From: Cirrosporium novae-zelandiae
Lineage: Eukaryota
DNA: 64,000 nt
NCBI GenBank assembly: GCA_026023565.1
Contig: JAPETS010000015.1
Span: forward strand, 186,001-250,000
Reading direction: 5' to 3'
The position numbers were made by a program, and so were the translations under genes. Below the pieces are notes generated by a model, which had not been told where the DNA came from, ran no database searches, and saw only the letters and a program-made list of their open reading frames with translations. Below are positions 59,768 to 64,000 of the stretch, in pieces (the stretch's first letter is position 1; every line of letters begins with the position of its first letter).

Positions 59768-62700
59768 GATGTATGCAAACTGAAGTCTAGCTAACACGAG
59801 GGAGATGTAGACTTTGGTTTTTGTTTCGAGTGTGAAAGTGATGTGTAGTCAACTTGTCGACTATGATTTTAAAAGCAATGACTTAAAGATGACGTTGAGA
59901 AACAACCGAGGTTGAGAAATTTGATCGAGGCACCACGTATTAGCTAGAAGTCTTCCAGAGAGAATATTGTAGAACTAAGGTGACTACCACGTATGTTTTG
60001 ATTTGAAATTCTAGGTCGAATGATTCCAGTAGCAAAGAATTGTGATCGTTTGTTTGCGAGTTGGGACGAAGTTGACTGAAACCATGGTGTAATTAATTAC
60101 GTCATGAACCATCAAGATTACCCTAGAAAGTCTTCAAGGCTCGAGAAGCCTTTCGTCGGCTGCAGCGGCTTTTGAAGCTACGAGCATACATCTTCACAAT
60201 ACCAGATACTAATTGGAGCTCATACGAGGAGCATCGATTCAAACATAGACTTAGAACCGCAAGACTGAGCCAGTATACTGATCTTTGACCAAGATTCCAT
60301 GACATGTTCAGAATATACTCGAATTCAAAGGGTCTGACGAGCAGTTCTTAGTTTGAGACTCTGCAGTGATGCCTCGGCCTCCTTGCTATCAACAATCACA
60401 GCCATCGTGGCATCTAATGCCTACAATCCCTCCCCCCAGAACAGTTCAATCATTAGTAAACAAGCATCCTTTCGTATCACCAACATCGAGAGCTAGAACG
60501 TGGCAAAAGTCTCGTCAGGCTCCTTGGTTAAAACGCTGGCAACCAATAAAGAAAATTGACTGGAAAATTTGGATCATCATCCCACATCCCTTCTCCTAGT
60601 CATCCAATAATGCCAGGTTTTGGCTGTGGTTGAAGTTGGACACATCACATCCTTGCCCTCAGCATTACCAGAAAGGATTATCATTCCTACTCTGGCATAA
60701 TATTAACTTCTGTCTGGAGCAAGCCACATATACGATCTAAGGAATCGAGAAGTTCATCAGATGCATGAGCACTCACAATTTCTATTTTTTAGTTCCAAAA
60801 GGCCGGGTCCGGCAAACCAAAGCTTCCCAAATGTCTAATTTAATTTTGCAGTCCGCTGACATTGCCACTATGAGGCCAGCACGGCCCTTATGCAAATTAA
60901 GATGCAGCTATCCTAGGTGGAGTGCTTTAAACAGTGGGACGGATGGCCAGCACAGCTAAGCCGATATTCGGATATCCGTGATAGCCAGGCTCAAATGTTT
61001 AATAGCCGCAGCAACTTTTCCGGGTTCGGTGGAATGCAAAGTATGTCTCGGAGGATATCACCAGCAATTAGAGTGACAAGTCGAGCACTTTCGTCCAATA
61101 ATCTGGTACCAAATCAAGATAACGTATACCCCGGCACAGGATCTGTCCCGGTGGCATGCTCTAACTCTCGACCAACGACAGCGATAGCTGCATATCGTCT
61201 CTTAGGCCCCTCACTCACATGACATTGATTGGCTGGAAACCGTTGGGCCGGTAGCCGGTGGCCCCACGAATCAGCTGGGGCAGATGCGTTGTTGAGCTGG
61301 CGCGGTAGCACCCCTACTGCCCCAAGACCTTCGGCGTAGTCTAATTCGTTCCCACCACCGTGCGGCTCTCTGATAGACGCAGCAATTGTTGCTCACCTGA
61401 GGTTGTACGAACCCAAGAACTGGGTTCAGAGGGACGTATCGGAACTCTCCTGCATAGAGTCAAATTCAACGTTCGCGAAATGTAAAAACTGCAATTGAAC
61501 ATCACATATCAAGTCACTGGACGAAAACATAAACAATGGACCTCAGAATCAAATTCTGATATTCGTACACATCACAGAATTATTTCCGGCGTTGAATGCG
61601 CCGTTGTTTACTAACACTATGCCTAAACTGTAAGATTCATAAACAATATCAGCAAAAAGAGGAGCGAGGTCAATGCTTCCAATCTGCCTCGTCATCCACG
61701 AAATTTGATCCCAAGCTGTTCTCCCACACTCAATATGATGATAAAATAAACAATTGGTTACAAAAGAGCGGTGTATGCATCTCTTTGTGACTCAAATATG
61801 CGAACTGTTCCACAGTAGGGTGGTTGCCTTGAGTTGCCTCCTGCCGCAACCCCTCAAGTTGCTGACATTACGTTGCAGCGGCATTCGGCGATGACAAAAG
61901 TTGAGGACGAAATGAGGAGATTTCATCACTCACACAGGCATATCCCATGCTGTGGTGGGGTAGGTGGTGTCCATTGTCAAATGGGAGGGGGGCGAAAAAT
62001 CGCGAATGAGCTGATACCTTCACATGTTGTTGATAGATATTTCTGATAATAATGATTGGCAGGTCAAGGCGGGAATAGTGGAAGCCAAATCAAAACAGGG
62101 AGTCAACGTAAAAGCAATATCTCCTCGAAACTCTCAGGGAAAATTGACCAGAGGTAGCTCGCCACGTCAGTCCTGTGGAGGCAAACATTTTGCTGACCTT
62201 GACATGATTGGAATCATAACAGCCATTGTTAAGACGTGGTGATCGTGACCAAAGCGCAATCTGAAGCTAATCCTCCACCCGAAGGTGCTAGAATAGGTCT
62301 AAGGCTGGGTACCGGAAAGACAACCGTGCGTAGCATAGGCATGAACTACTTTGAATTTCTAGATAGCGGGGTGCACTGCTTAAAGTTGGGGTAACTTTGA
62401 CGAAACAGAATCAATCTGAGGGCAACTCCGACCGGGAAGACAAGGATATTTACAAGTATAGCTGACACGGGTTGCCGTTTCCTGGACACTGCAGCAAGGA
62501 CAGATAAGGTGATCAACAGTCCAAAGGTTGGGTCCGTCGGAGTAGCGGAATCCGTGGGAGGACGCAGGAAGAAGGCATAAGCTGTGAATCATCTGAGCCA
62601 ATAGTTCCCAATGCAAAGGCCAGATGGCCGCGAAAAGTGAAATCCTCGAAGCACTATCCCGTATATCAACGACGAAAAAATGTCAATTCTATTGGCGAAT

Positions 62701-63672
62701 TGAACACTATTAGCTGCTTTCAGAAGGAGAATATGTTGATCCATAGGGAGGCAAATCCAACTGCTGTCAGAAAGAAATTTTTCATTGCATTTCCGAGGAT
62801 ATCTGCGTCTTCCAGTCCAGTCAAACTCCCCCATTCATCCTTGAGCTGCTACCTGCAGAAACGAATGATGGTAGTCTTTCTGGACATGCAAGATAATCAG
62901 GTGAAATCGAGCCAAACATCGGGAGAAAATGATTCCACGTGATGGCAAGTGGTGTAGTACTTGCATGAGCCTAGAAGGCTTGGAGGGACGGGATGGAAGA
63001 AATTGAACGTTAAGGCGCATCCGTCGACAAAAGTGAGGCATTTGTTGAGTCCAATGACTGGCTTCATTGCAAGAATTGATAGTCCGAGCGTTCTTTGGTA
63101 GCATCACAGAGAGAAACGGCTTGATTCAAAGCAGCTGAAAGATCCTAGGTGATATGCAGATATCGAATGTGTTGTAACACCGTTGATGAAGTTCAACAAT
63201 ATTTTTCAAAGCTGGTTGGAGGATAACGAGTGGGGTATCGGATCCAACCTTGGAGAAGAGGGAGAGGAATGTTTCTCGGCATTGAAAGAGTTGTTTTCAT
63301 TATCATGTAATGAGAATTGGGTGTGTCAACCCTAGGGAGAAGGGAGTCGAGTCTGAAACATAAATAGCCTGCTCGAGAACCTCAGGGGAAGCATATCCAG
63401 TCCTCATCTGCCTCAAACCCAAAGACAAAACCTCATCAGCTTCAGTTAGCAAACTTGGATTCACATCAATTGGATCAGCAGCCTTCCGAAGTAAGATATC
63501 CAACCCGACATGCTTCATGCCTGTTGCAGCCTCTAACATCTGATATCGTAGTCTGCGCTCATCAGCAACCCAACCTTATCCAAACCTCATCTGAAACAAC
63601 ACCAACTACACCAACCCTCAGTAAGTTTAATCATTATCCAAAAGTAGATGGGGACTAATAGGGTGCAAAGAA

Positions 63673-64000
63673 ATGTGTTTCTATGACCAACATCGATTTG
63701 CTTGCGGCGACTGGAAATGGGGACATTTCAAACAGCACTGCAACCGAGAATACAGAACAGGCGAAACATGCGGCATGAAGCTAGTGATGCAGACTTACCC
63801 GGTCGCACAGAAATGCAAGATCTGCGAGAAGCTTGACATCAAGCAGCGCAAGAAGAATCAAGAATTGGATAGGATCAACCGGTGGCAGCGGGAACCCCAC
63901 AAGTTCCGTGCCTCAATTGAAAAGGCATGGAATACAATTGCTGAATTGGAAAATGAAATCGCCAACTTGAACTATGAACGGCAAAAGCGACTCCAACAGA
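63673..64000 (+). CDS. Small Cys/His-rich hypothetical protein with coiled-coil C-terminus (truncated by window edge)
   Basis: MCFYDQHRFACGDWKWGHFKQHCNREYRTGETCGMKLVMQTYPVAQKCKICEKLD..; open to the end of the window; probable 5'-UTR intron 63620-63670. Confidence 0.8.
   Translation, partial: MCFYDQHRFACGDWKWGHFKQHCNREYRTGETCGMKLVMQTYPVAQKCKICEKLDIKQRKKNQELDRINRWQREPHKFRASIEKAWNTIAELENEIANLNYERQKRLQQ

Noticed and set aside
61240..61330. HDV-like ribozyme starting at GGCCGG
   Set aside because: Could not build the P3/L3/P1.1 pseudoknot.
62380..63539. Several 80-100 codon ORFs upstream of the last gene
   Set aside because: Stops in all frames and no motif; probably leader or intergenic sequence.

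Overview
Gene-dense nuclear DNA from a filamentous ascomycete (Pezizomycotina), judged by short GT-AG introns with CTRAY branch points, a Zn2Cys6 factor and fungal-type housekeeping genes. Bases 1-10 kb hold a compact putative nitrogen-scavenging cluster: a fused hydantoinase/5-oxoprolinase (runs off the left edge), an amidase-signature enzyme, a PuuE-type deacetylase/allantoinase-like enzyme and a Zn2Cys6 regulator, with a GATA-rich divergent promoter. The rest is mostly core genes (TRP4, MRPL11, RPC10, NAR1, TRL1, SFT2, a bHLH factor, COX19, NPR3, GPI16, LUC7) plus several hypothetical genes, two pseudogenes and a MITE. The most unusual observations: (i) SFT2 has three very long (466/1040/729 nt), hairpin-rich introns, and an intron-2 element can base-pair with the intron-1 branch point across exon 2, a candidate RNA-structure splicing switch; (ii) the catabolic cluster, whose substrate is unknown; (iii) an amidase intron that is one G short of a stwintron; (iv) the non-coding first exon of RPC10 is duplicated 38 kb away in front of an unrelated gene; (v) a ~1,100-codon F-box-like gene carrying six nonsense codons in an otherwise preserved frame; (vi) a spliced, AUG-poor leader of up to ~2 kb with an overlapping uORF on the bHLH gene. 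All gene models and RNA pairings were read by eye; no searches or folding were run.
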